Source of the DNA: the human T2T-CHM13v2.0 reference genome, Homo sapiens | Assembly: GCF_009914755.1 (NCBI RefSeq) | Contig: NC_060934.1 | Strand: one strand, 5' to 3' | DNA length: 64,000 bases | In this document: piece by piece, positions 12,177 through 23,850 of the stretch | Layout: each line of letters begins with the position of its first letter | How positions within the stretch are numbered: the first letter of the stretch is position 1 | Notes under the pieces: generated by a model | Databases searched by the model: none | What the model saw: the letters and a program-made list of their open reading frames with translations, nothing else | Told to the model about the DNA's origin: nothing | Program-made: the position numbers and the translations under genes

Positions 12177-14410
12177 CTGGTATTGATGACTGCCTTCTTC
12201 TACTGTCCATTCTGTATTCCCTTTGCCTTCAGCATCACCTCAGCGGGTCGTGGTTTTTTTCCTGGTGGAATGTCCCAAACCTTCATTCCTGAGGGGTCTG
12301 GGTCACTTGTAGTCTTGCCTGGATTGGGCTGTTGTAGTTTCCCGTTGACCTTAATCACAAGGCATGGTAATACTATGGGACGCCCTAATGGATCTCCTGT
12401 ATTCCATGTATACTCTTCCTTAGCTTCGTTGCAGAGTAGTAGACTGATTTCACCTTGATAGACCAGATCAATCACCCCAACAGTGTAACTCCTTTCTTAG
12501 CCTATTGACATAAAGGTAGGAGGAGCCCAGAGTATCCAGGTGACAATCTTAACTTCCAGTTCAGTGGGATTGCTGTTTGGTCTCGCGGTGGCAGCATTCT
12601 TCCCTCTGGAACTAATAACGCTAGGCCAGCAGAACGTAATGTTGCAGGAACAGGAAGCAAAACTTTTGCTAGTGGATCATTAGGGGTGATGGTGAGTGGT
12701 GCCACTTCCACTTCCACCCTTGATTCCCGGACCCGTGAATCCTGGCTATGGGAGAAACAGTATCATATATTGGACGCTGATTCAGAGCATCCATGGCCCT
12801 CTGGAGAACTTTGCCCCAGCCCTGCAAAGTATTGCCACCTAGTTGGTGTTGTAATTGTGACTTCAAAAGGCCATTCCACCATTCTGTCAACCCAGCTGCT
12901 TCAGGATGATGGGGAACATGGTAAGACCAGTGAATTCCATGAGCATGAGCCCCCTGCCACACTTCTTTAGCCATAAAGTGAGTGCCTTGGTCAGAGGCAA
13001 TGCTGTGTGGAACACCATGATGGTGGACAAGGCATTCTGTGAGTCCATGGATGGTAGTCTTCACAGAAGCATTGCATGCAGGATAGGCAAACCCATATCT
13101 AAAGTAAGTGTCTATTCCAGTGAGGACAAACCTCTGCCCTTCCCATGATGGAAGAGGTCCAATATAATCAACCTGCCACCAGGTAGCTGGCTGACCACTC
13201 CAAGGAATGGTGCCATATCAAGGACTCAGTGTTGGTCTCTGCTGCTGGCAAATTGGGCACTCAGCAGTGGCCGTAGCCAGATCAGCCTTGGTGAGCGGAA
13301 GCTCATGTTGCCGAGCCCATGGGTACCCTCCATTCCTGCCATCATGGCCACTTTGTTCATGGGCCTATTGGACAATGACAGGGGTGGCTTGGGAAAGAGG
13401 CTGAATGGTATCCACAGAAGGGGTCATCCTGTCCACTTGATTATTTAAATGCTCCTCTGCTGAGGTCACCCATTGGTGAGCACTCACATGCGATACAAAT
13501 ATCTTCACAAATTTTGACCACTCAGAGAGGTCTGTCCACATACCTCTTCCCCAGATTTCTTTGTCACAATTTTCCAATCATGCTTCTTCCAAGTCCCTGA
13601 CCATCCAGCCAAACCATTGGCTACGGCCCATGAATCAGTATATAATCACACATCTGGCCATTTCTCCTTCCAAGCAGAGTGCACAAGCGGGTGCACTGCT
13701 TGAAGTTCTGCCCACTGGGAAGATTTCCCTTCACCGCTGTCCTTCAGGAATGTCCTAGAAAGGGGCTGTCATGCTACAGCTGTCCACTTTCGGGTGGTGC
13801 CTGCATACCGTGCAGAACCATCTGTGAACCAGGCCCCGGTCTTCTCTTCCTCTGTCAGCTGATCATAGGGAACTTCCCATGAGGCCATCGGTGCAGGCTG
13901 GGGGAGAGAAGGGAGGGTGGCGGGAGTGGAGACCATGGGCATTTGAGCCACGTCGTCATGTAACTTACTTGTGCCTTCAGGACTTAATCAAGCCCAATCA
14001 CATACATGCCACTTCCATTTGATGATGGAATGCTGCTGTGCATGACCCACTTCATGGCTAGATGGGTCAGAAAGCACCCAGTTCATGACATGCAGTTCAG
14101 GTCACACGGTGACTTGATGACCCATAGACAAACGTTCAGTTTCCACCAAAGCCCAGTAACAGGCCAAGAGCTGTCTCTCAAAAGGAGAGTAGTTACCTGC
14201 AGAAGATGGCAGGGCCTCACTCCAAAATCCTAGAGGCCTCCGCTGTGATTCACCTATGGGGACCTGCCAAAGGCTCCAAACAGCATCCTTATCTGCCACT
14301 GACACCTCAAGCACCATTGGATCTGCTGGGTCATATGGCCCAAGTGTCAGAGCAGCTGGCACAGCAGCCTGGACCTGTTGCAGAGCCTACTCCTCTTCTG
14401 GACCCCCTCA
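12177..14410 (-). mobile_element. HERV-L internal remnant: RT connection/RNase H, integrase and dUTPase-like region; many stops and frameshifts
   Basis: ORF fragments LGPYDPADPMVLEVSVAD...RPLGFWS, WFTDGSARYAG, HVSAHQ, IASDQGTHF...WSYHVPHHPEAAGL-E-WNGLLK and IPLNWKLRL. Confidence 0.92.
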
Positions 14411-14800
14411 GTCCTCCATACCCAAAGTCCAGAAAGTTGGGAATCCCAGTGAATCCCTAGCAGCATCAAAAAAATAAAAACTCATACCCAGTCAGATTAT
14501 AACAAATCAAGAAAACCATAGAGAGCATAGGGGTGTGCCGCAGTCACACTGACAGGCCACCTTCCTGTTCCTGCAGAAATGGTAACCGCAGGGGACGGTG
14601 CAGCCGCATCTTCCGTGTCCTTGGAGGAAATGTCAGCATAGGGTCTTACCCGGCAAAACATCTCCTAAGATTGAAGGTGAAATAGACATTTTAACTCAAA
14701 TGAAAAACAGTAAGTACTAACGGATGTTCTTCAAGCGGAGAGAAAATGATCTCATATGAAGTCAGAGAGGAGAAAGGAATGAGACTCAAGGCAGTTGGGG
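14411..14800 (+). mobile_element. Old L1M ORF1 3' part
   Basis: cagtgaatccctagcagcatcaaaaaaataaaaactcatacccag...gaaggtgaaatagacattt...gatgttcttcaagcggagagaaaatgat. Confidence 0.65.
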
Positions 14801-16256
14801 GAAGCGGGCAAATGGCCATGGGCATTGGTTGTGTAAACCGAGGCACCTCCTGCAGTGTAAAACACGGAGAGAAGTGCGGTTGAGCATGGGGGTGGGTGCG
14901 TGTGGAGTGAGCGTTCCAGGGGCCTTGCCGTGCCCGGGAGAGTGAGGGTAACGGACATTCCCACGGGGATATTCCCACGCGGAGAACTGGGACCCCGATC
15001 AGGGTCTGGAGGGAGCGTGTGCCCTTGGAATACTGCTGTTTTAGCATTTCTGGGGACCGGGAACTAAGGTAAATTATTTGAAACAGAAGTAGATGGCAAT
15101 TTCCTAATATAATGGACATTTAAAACTCAATTAAGGCTTTTGAGTAGAGTTTTATATGCCCTGAGCTTTTGTACTGGCAGAAGGTATTTTGTAAACAGCT
15201 TGTGTTCAGTGTTGGCCATCTCTTAAAGTGCATTTTACTTTAATTATTCTATATCCATAATGCACATAACCAGTTTCTCCAGAACATGTATACATGAAAT
15301 GTAATTGAAAAGCTAATGATTTTTAGAAGACAAAAGATAAGAGTCAGAACCATTTTAATTAGGATGCAAACTCCTTACATAATTTAATTGGCATAAAAGT
15401 TTATTGATTTACTTGTATAATCATTTATACGTAGAAAAATATAACAAATTTCATAATTAAAACTAGTTATTTTAAGACTGATATTTTTCTTTGTTCATTA
15501 TTGAAATTTTCAATTTGTGAAATATTTATTATTCAAAAAATAGCATCTGCGTTGTAAATGAATCTCATTTTGAGAGGAAGAGCTCTAGGTGATACAGGTT
15601 TAAAATGACTGGTAGGCACCCACAGGGAAACTAGGTTCCTCACACAGCCTCGTTTTTCATGAGACCTGCGGAAAGGCTCTGGGGCGTCACGTCTCCCTGT
15701 GGCCGAGGCTGCTGTTGTCTGGCACACCGTGAGTTCTGGGCCAGGACCTTTCCACCTGTCTCCCTCCACTCCGGGTGAAAGAGGCATGGGGAATTTACTT
15801 GCTTTTCCTTTTTGTCTGGCATCAGCTCGTGAAATATATTACATCAGACAAAAGTCAATAGAGATTTCCCTTTTGAAAAGCAAGGTCCATGATAATGGGC
15901 TGAACACAAGCAGGTGACTGTGTGGGACAGGGCTGCCCAAACCGCCGCTGGCCTACAGACTGCTGTCCCGGCCAGTGCTCCGCTCCCTGCGCCCCTGATG
16001 AGATGGCAGCCCTGGGCACCTGTGGCTGCTCCCTCCTCCTGACTCTGCTCCAAGGTGCCACCTGCCCAAGGTTCCGTCCTAGTCCCTGACCGGCCCCTCC
16101 TGTTTCCCCCGTGGCTCCTTGCCCCACTGACTGCTGGCTCTCACCTGCTCCTGTCTCTCCACAGTAGTAGCCTCAGTCCAGTGCTTGACCCTGCCCTTTT
16201 CTCTGGCTCCAGCTCCTCCTTGGCAAGCTGAGTCTTCCCCAGCTTTGAGGCCCATC

Positions 16257-16487
16257 CACATGGTGACCCCCACCGTCACCCAGGCATCTGTCCTCAACTG
16301 CAGACCCACAGGTATTCACATGGTGACCCCCACCGTCACCCAGGCACCTGTCCTGAACTGTAGACCCACAGGTATTCACATGGTGACCCCCACCATCACC
16401 CAGGCACCTGTCCTGAACTGTAGACCCACAGGTATTCACATGGTGACCCCCACCATCACCCAGGCACCTGTCCTGAACTGTAGACCT
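16257..16487. repeat. 60-bp minisatellite, ~4 copies (cacatggtgacccccaccgtcacccaggcacctgtcctgaactgtagacccacaggtatt)
   Basis: Identical columns in consecutive 60-nt lines 16261-16441. Confidence 0.96.
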
Positions 16488-18989
16488 AGGTTCAGTCACC
16501 TTTGATGCCTCCCTGAGGTGTCTGAAGCTGTTTCAGCCTCTGCAGGTCCATGGCTGGACGCTGTCTCTCCAGAGCCCATCCCAGCTCACATTGGTCTTGG
16601 AGGTCCTGTGGATGCTGCCTGGGTGCAGAGCTGAACCTCCCCACTGGGGCTCCTCTGTCATGGCCCCCCTCACCACGCTGCCGTCTTGGGCTCTGGCCAT
16701 CTGGTCACTCATGTATCTCACATGTCTGAGAACATATGTGGCACAGAGGAAGGAGAAAGTGCCGGGTGCATATTTGTGGAATGTGAGTGGTGACTGAATT
16801 CTCTCAGCAAGGGTGGGTGTCCTTAGACCGGCCAATGACTTTGCCCCCGCAGTGTGACAGAGAGCCCAGTGCTGGTAGCAGGCGAGAAGCCAGGACTGCT
16901 GGTCACCTTGCCGCCCTCAGATGTACCCCCTTTGGAGAAGCCTGCCGCAGGCTGTTTTACAGGCCATCTCGTTCCATTTCAGTTGCTCCTCACCGTGGTA
17001 ATCGGAAATGTTAACGGGCGCACTCGTCTGGTGGAATTTATCGTGGCCAGCGAGGGCGATTAAGCGGCTGGTATGTGGTGTGTTTACCCTCGTGTCAGCA
17101 TGACTGGTGTTCCACCCTGGCAGATGAAGGCCCGGTCCTTCCTGGGCTCCTAATTGGGGACACTACATCCAAGAGCCGTGACAGGGTTCAGCACCCCGCG
17201 TGCAGAATGCCGGCTTCCACGGGGCACGCTTTATAAAATGCTCTTTAATTCAGGAACAGAATATCATTAGCTTTGTAAAGTGGATGAATACAATGGACAA
17301 CCAATTTAATTAACCTCTAGCGTCAGCTGTCGAACAGGAGGCAGAATGAGATTACGTGTGCATCTCTCCCGCCAGCAGCCAGCCGGGAGAGGGGCTCGGC
17401 AGGAGGCCAGACAGGGGGACACCTTGGTGCCGTCATCCCGTTTGGCCCCAGGAGCTGAAATTGGAAAGTCAGTGCTTTGTAAATAAGTCAGCTGTCATTT
17501 TGTGGTGGTCACGGAGCTCCTCTGAGAGCGGACGGTCACAGCCCCCCGTATGCTGCCTGGGGGTGGCACTGGGGGAAGTGGGCAGTAGTGAGGACGCCGC
17601 CTTGTCCAGTTGGGTCAGCCGCCCATGAGTTCATTATACAGGAAAAGATCAATGAAGCGCTACATTGATTTAAACAAAAGCTTTGTTTCATTTATTATTG
17701 TTTATAATCTAATGACTGTTATTATAACTTTGCTTTGATTTATTACTCAATCTGTTAAATTGTTTCAAAACAAGGTGTCTTGGGACTTGCCTTTGTGATA
17801 GGGTTAAATGTGTGACTTTTGCAAGTGTGTTCAGCTTCTCGGGAGCACCGTGAACCTGTGCCTTGGGTTGTGCTTTGAGACCTGAGCTGAGGGTTCTGTC
17901 CAGCGGTCCTGAGCTGCTGCTGCTCAGCTGGGCGCCCAGAGGGTGTGGTGCCTCTCTCATTGCCCAGGAGCCGTGGAATTCCTGCCTGCCGTGACCTGGG
18001 CATTGTGGTGGAGGACTCAGAGGCGCCCAGGCCACATGCCTGCCCTCAGGGGGCTTCCCTTCCCTGAAAGAATTTAGATGAGGAAACCAGTGAGTGCTGG
18101 AATATGCAGCACCTTGAAGGAAAGGCTGGGGACTGGGACTGCCAAGCCTCTGCCCAGAGTAGCCAATCAAGAGGGCTGCTTGGAGGAGGCTGCATTTCCA
18201 CAGAGACCTGAAGCAGCAGGGGGTCCATGTGAGAAGCTGGAAAAGGGGAGGCAGCAGAGGTACCCTCCTGACAGAAGGGCGCAGCCTCCTCAGGCCCAGA
18301 TGGCCAATGGGGCTGGAGCTCTGTCAGCTGGGTGTGTGAGGGCCAGAGGACAGCTGGGGTGGCCACTGTGCAGGACGTGGCTGGGAGGAAGTGCAGTGGC
18401 AGGCCCAGAGGTGCATGTGGAAAAGGCCACCTTGGTGCCCGGTGGAGAAGAGACCAAGGGGGCTACAGCTGTGGAGGAGGCGGGGGCCCCACAGGGAGAT
18501 GAGGGAGGTGGGTGTGCAGCAGTGCAGAGACGTGGAAGGCTAGAGATGGACAGGGTTCTGTAATCCGTAGAACCTGTGGAAGGAAGGGATGTTTGGGTGA
18601 GGCATATGGACAAGATGCTGGAGGAATCTGGAGAGATCCGTGGTTTCCAGTGGGAGCTGGAGGAGGGTGAGGGTGGAGTAGGTCTCCAGTCCTGAAAGGT
18701 CGGACTTGTCACGGGAGACCCAAGTGGAGACTGTGCAGCCGCCGGGCCAGGAGGCTGGCCTTTAGGAGGCTCCATGCTGTACACACAAGAGCTGCCCGCT
18801 GGAAGATGGGACAGACGGGCCACCCCAGCGGGAGGAGGAGGTGGAGGAGAAGGGCTCGTAGGGTACCCTGAGCAGATCCAGAGTGCTGTTATTCCCAAGT
18901 AGGAGGAGGAGATCCAGGGAAGGAGAATGTGGAGTCCCGTAGCCTAGAAGTAACAGAGTTTGGAGGAGGGTGGAGGGCGTGAGAAGGTG

Positions 18990-19828
18990 ATGAGACAAAT
19001 AAATAATTCTGGATTATATTTAAAAATTAAAAATCTACAAAATGAGACAGGAAAATGGGCAAAGGATACAAAGAGTTCACAGAAGAAACTTAAATTGCCA
19101 ATAATCTTAAAAAGAGATGCGCCAGACACACAGACCATGGAGCAGAGGGGACAGCCAGGAGGCACCCTGCCTGGGCAGCCAGGTGGTCTCTGACAAGGGT
19201 GCAAGAGCATTCCATGGGAGAGGACAGCCTCCAGCCAGTGGTGCTGGGACGCTGATACCCACACGCAGAAGAATGAAGTTGGCCCCTCACATTACATTGT
19301 GTACAAAGTTAACCCAAAATGAGTCAAAGACCTAAAACTATAAAACTTTTAGAAGAAAACATGGGCCAGAACCTTCACAACATTGGATTTGGCGATGATT
19401 TCTCAGACGCAGCACCAAAGGCACAGGCAGCAAAAGAAAAAAGAGACAAATTGGACTGCATTAAAACACAACCACTTTGTACAGCCAAAGACAACATCAA
19501 CAGAGTAAAAAGGCAACCGTGGAATGGGAGAAAATATTTGCAAATCAAAAATCTGATAAGGAATTACTATCCAGAATATATAGAGAACTCCGAAAACTCA
19601 ACAACAGCAACAACAAAAACCAACCTGAGTCAGAAAGGGGTTTGAATAGGCGTCTTCCCTCCAAGGACGGCGTGGAGACGGCCGATAAGTACACGAAAAA
19701 GCGCCCAGCTCCACGAACCTTTAGGGAGATGCAGATCCAAACTGCCATTTTCATTTGTCAGTTTAAAAGGACTTGCAAAATACCTTATACCCATTAGGAT
19801 GGCTGTTGTCAAAAAGCGCAGAAGATAG
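18990..19828 (+). mobile_element. L1M fragments: older L1ME-like piece, then L1MB-like ORF2 3' end
   Basis: gaaaatgggcaaaggata; agacctaaaactataaaacttttagaagaaaacatggg; aaggcaaccgtggaatgggagaaaatatttgcaaatc. Confidence 0.85.
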
Positions 19829-20939
19829 TGAGAGGTGACAGCGTGCTGGCAGTCCTCACAGCCCTCGCTCGCTCTCGGCGCCTGCTCTGCCTGGGCTCCC
19901 ACTTTGGCGGCACTGGAGGAGCCCTTCAGCCCACCGCTGCACTGTGGGAGCCCCTTTCTGGGCTGGCCAAGGCCAGAGCCGACTCCCTCAGTTTGTAGGG
20001 AGGTGTGGAGGGAGAGGCGCTAGCGGGAACCGGGGCTGCGCGTGGCGCTTGCGGGCCAGCTGGATTTCCGGGTGGGCGTGGGCTTGGCGGGCCCCGCACT
20101 CCGAGCAGCCGGCCGGCCCTGTGCAATGAGGGGCTTAGCACCCGGGCCAGCAGCTGCGGAGGGTGTACTGGGTCCCCCAGCAGTGCCCACCCACCGGCGC
20201 TGCACTCAATTTCTCGCTGGGCCTTAGCTGCCTTCCCGAGGGGCAGGGCTCGGGACCTGCAGCCCGCCATGCCTGAGCCTCCCACCCGCTCCGTGGGCTC
20301 CTGTGCGGCCGGAGCCTCCCCGACGAGCTCCGCCCCCTGCTCCAGGGCGCCCAGTCCCATCGACCACCCAAGGGCTTGAGGAGTGCGGGCGCACAGCGCG
20401 GGACTGGCAGGCAGCTCCACCTGCAGCCCCAGTGCGGGATCCACCGTGTGAAGCCAGCTGGGCTCCTGAGTCTGGTGGGGACGTGCAGAACCTTTGTATC
20501 TAGCTCAGGGATTGTAAACGCACCAATCAGCGCCCTGTCAAAACAGACCACTCGGCTCTACCAATCAGCAGGACGTGGGTGGGGCCAGATAAGAGACTAA
20601 AAGCAAGCTGCCCGAGCCAGCAGTGGCAACCCACTCGGGTCCCCTTCCACACTGTGGAAGCTTTGTTCTTTCGCTCTTTGCAATAAATCTTGCTACTGCT
20701 CACTCTCTGGATCCACACTGCCTTTATGAGCTGTAACACTCACCGCGAAGATCTGCAGCTTCACTCCTGAGCCAGCGAGACCACGAACCCACCAGAAGGA
20801 AGAAACTCCGAACACATCTGAACATCAGAAGGAACAAACCCCGGACACGCCGCCTTTAAGAACTGTAACACTCACCGCGAGGGTCCGCGGCTTCATTCTT
20901 GAAGTCAGTGAGACCAAGAACCCACCAATTCCGGACACA
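19829..20939 (+). mobile_element. Solo LTR12C-type (ERV9/HERV9) LTR, 1111 bp, sense to INPP5A
   Basis: Starts tgagaggtgacagcgtgctggcagtcc and ends cccaccaattccggacaca, with a perfect 4-bp TSD atag (19825-28 / 20940-43). CCAAT boxes at ~20523 and ~20561, GATA site at ~20588, AATAAA at ~20682. Confidence 0.95.
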
Positions 20940-20943
20940 ATAG

Positions 20944-21775
20944 CAGGTGCTGATAACGATGGGAGGGAGTTGGAACCTTTGTGCACGTGGGTAGAAATAT
21001 AACAGGGGGCAGCCACTGTGAACATTGAGGTGATTATTCAAAAAGTTAAAAATAGAATTCCCGTCTGATTCAGCAGTCCCACTTCTGGGTACAGACCCCA
21101 AAGAATTGAGAGCAGTCTCCAGCAGATATTTGCACACCTATAATCAAAGCAGTATTATTCACAACTGCAAAATGCGGAAGCAGTACCATGGAATATGACC
21201 CAACCGTAAAAAGGAAAGAAATTCTGGCAAGCACTACAACATGGTGGAGGAACTTGGAGGACATTATGCCAAGTCAAGCCTGTCACAGAAACACGAACAT
21301 GGTATGATTCCACTTACATGAGGTACTCGGATTAGTCAAAGTCATGGAGACAGAAAGTACAGTGCCTGGTTGCCAGGGGCTGGGGAGAGCGGGAAGGGAA
21401 GAGCGGGAAGGGGAGAGCGGGAAGGGAGCTGCTGCTGGACAGGAACAGTTTCAGCTGGGAAGGTGGACAGCGTCCTGGAGGTGGGAAGGTGGACAGCGTC
21501 CTGGAGGTGGGAAGGTGGACAGCGTCCTGGAGATGGGAAGGTGGACAGCGTCCTGGAGATGGGAAGGTGGACAGCGTCCTGGAGATGGATGTTGTGATGG
21601 GAGCTGTTGCTGGTCGGGAACAGTCTCAGCTGGGAAGGTGGACAGTGTCCTGGAGATGGATGGTGTGACGGGTGCAGACGTTCGTTAGGCGCGGACTGCG
21701 TGCCACTGACCTGCTCACCTGAAGGTGGGTACGATGGTCAAGTTTATGCTGTGTGCATTTTACCACAGCCACACA
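20944..21775 (+). mobile_element. L1MB-like 3' UTR, continuing the element split by LTR12
   Basis: ttcaaaaagttaaaaatagaattccc...cagcagtcccacttctgggta; tatgattccacttacatgaggtact; ggttgccaggggctgggg. Confidence 0.85.
21457..21660. repeat. 26-bp minisatellite (gggaaggtggacagcgtcctggagrt), 5+1 copies, derived from L1M 3' UTR
   Basis: Units at 21457, 21483, 21509, 21535 and 21561, plus one at ~21632. Confidence 0.9.
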
Positions 21776-21974
21776 GTTCGATGAAGAGGTGCCCAACTAT
21801 GCTAGTATAATGAAGATGCAAATTAAAACAATAAGGTCTAATTTCACACCTATCCAGTTGGCAAAAACTAGAGGCTGGCACTGGGCCATGGCAAGGATGT
21901 GGAACGTGGGCACTGCCCTGATGAGACCACTGGGGGATCGTCATGGCAACAGGAGGGGCAACGTGGTGGTGCCT

Positions 21975-22885
21975 GGGAGGGCATGTGTCTGTGGTGACCC
22001 AGCAAGGCCATCTGTGTATTATATACATATGCACGCATGTTTAATCAGCGTGTAAACTGTGTGTTATCCTATGTGGAAGGCACGTGTCTGCCATGACCCA
22101 GCAATGCTGTGTATTATATACATATGCACTCATGTTTAATCTACGTGTACACGTGTGTGATCCTATGTGGAGGACACATGTCTGCCGTGACCCAGTAAGG
22201 CCATCTGTGTATTATATACATATGCACGCACGTTTAATCTGTGTGTACACATGTGTGTGATCCTATGTGGCGGGCACGTGTCTGCCATGACCCAGCAATG
22301 CTGTGTATTATATACATATGTACGCACATTTAATCCACGTGTACACGTGTGTGTTATCCTATGTGGAGGGCACGTCTCCTGTGACCCAGCAAGGCCATCT
22401 GTGTATTATATACATATGTACGCACATTTAATCCACGTGCACACGTGTGTGTTATCCTATGTGGAGGGCACGTGTCTGCCGTGACCCAGCAAGGCCATGT
22501 GTTGTATTATATACATATGTATGCACGTTTAATCCACGTGTACACGTATTATCCTATGTGGAGGGCACGTGTCTGCCGTGACCCAGCAAGGCCATGTGTT
22601 GTATTATATACATATGCACACACGTTTAATCCACGTGCACACGTGTGTGTTATCCTATGTGGAGGGCACGTGTCTGCCGTGACCCAGCAAGGCCATCTGT
22701 GTATTATATACATATGCACACACGTTTAATCTGCGTGTACACATGTGTATTATCCTATGTGGAGGGCACGTGTCTGCGGTGACACAGCAAGGCTGTTATA
22801 TATATATGCACGCATGTTTAATTCACGTGTACATGTGTGTATTACCCTATGTGGAGGGTGCGTGTCTGCAGTGACCCAGCAAATC
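21975..22885. repeat. ~94-101-bp minisatellite, ~9 copies, rich in CACGTG
   Basis: Recurrent tgacccagcaaggccatctgtgtattatatacatatgcac...tttaatccacgtg...ttatcctatgtggagggcacgtgtctgcc. Confidence 0.93.
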
Positions 22886-23051
22886 CTCCTGCATAGTATG
22901 TCTGTGTGAACACTCAGTACCCATGTACCTGGATGCTTGTTATCTCTGACACACTTGCTCAGTAACACCATGCAGGGAAGATTATTATAGCATCAATTAC
23001 AATACTCAAATAATTGGAAGTAGTCTTTATGTGCAACAGAGAAATGGATAA

Positions 23052-23386
<335 letters not shown>

Positions 23387-23689
23387 TGAATTATTATGTA
23401 GCATTCAAAATAAGCTAAAATATGTCTTTATCTTGGTATCACGCCATAGGACATTTGAGAAACTGTCCTCTTTCTTGGCTTCCTTTGTGAAATCCACCTG
23501 TGTTTCTGGATGTAACTCTGATCTGTGTATTTTCCTTGCTGTATCTGGTTCTATCATAGGAATATTTCAAATTTGATTTACCCATTTGCACGTTAAGCAT
23601 TTGGGTCATTTTCAGTTGGTGTTTTCAGAGGTCATATGCCATTGTATTCTCATGCCTGTGTCCTGAGAGCTCCAGCGTCTCTGAGAGAG

Positions 23690-23850
23690 GTCTGTGTGTG
23701 CATTCCACGTGTGTATACAGACATATGTATGTCTACAGGTGTATGCATGTATGTGTGTGTATTACATATGTATGTTTGTCTATAGTGTATATGGATGTGG
23801 GTTATGTACATGTGTGTGCATGGATGTGTACATATGTGTGTGTGTGCAGG
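23690..23850. repeat. TG/TA low-complexity tract
   Basis: gtgtatacagacatatgtatgt...atgtgtgtgtgtgc. Confidence 0.8.

Noticed and set aside
12200-14362. HERV-L pol as a domesticated or functional gene
   Set aside because: Split into at least six short ORFs by stops and frameshifts, with no RT core or gag.
19926-20551. GC-rich ORFs of 120-170 aa
   Set aside because: They lie within LTR12C and are common artefactual ORFs.
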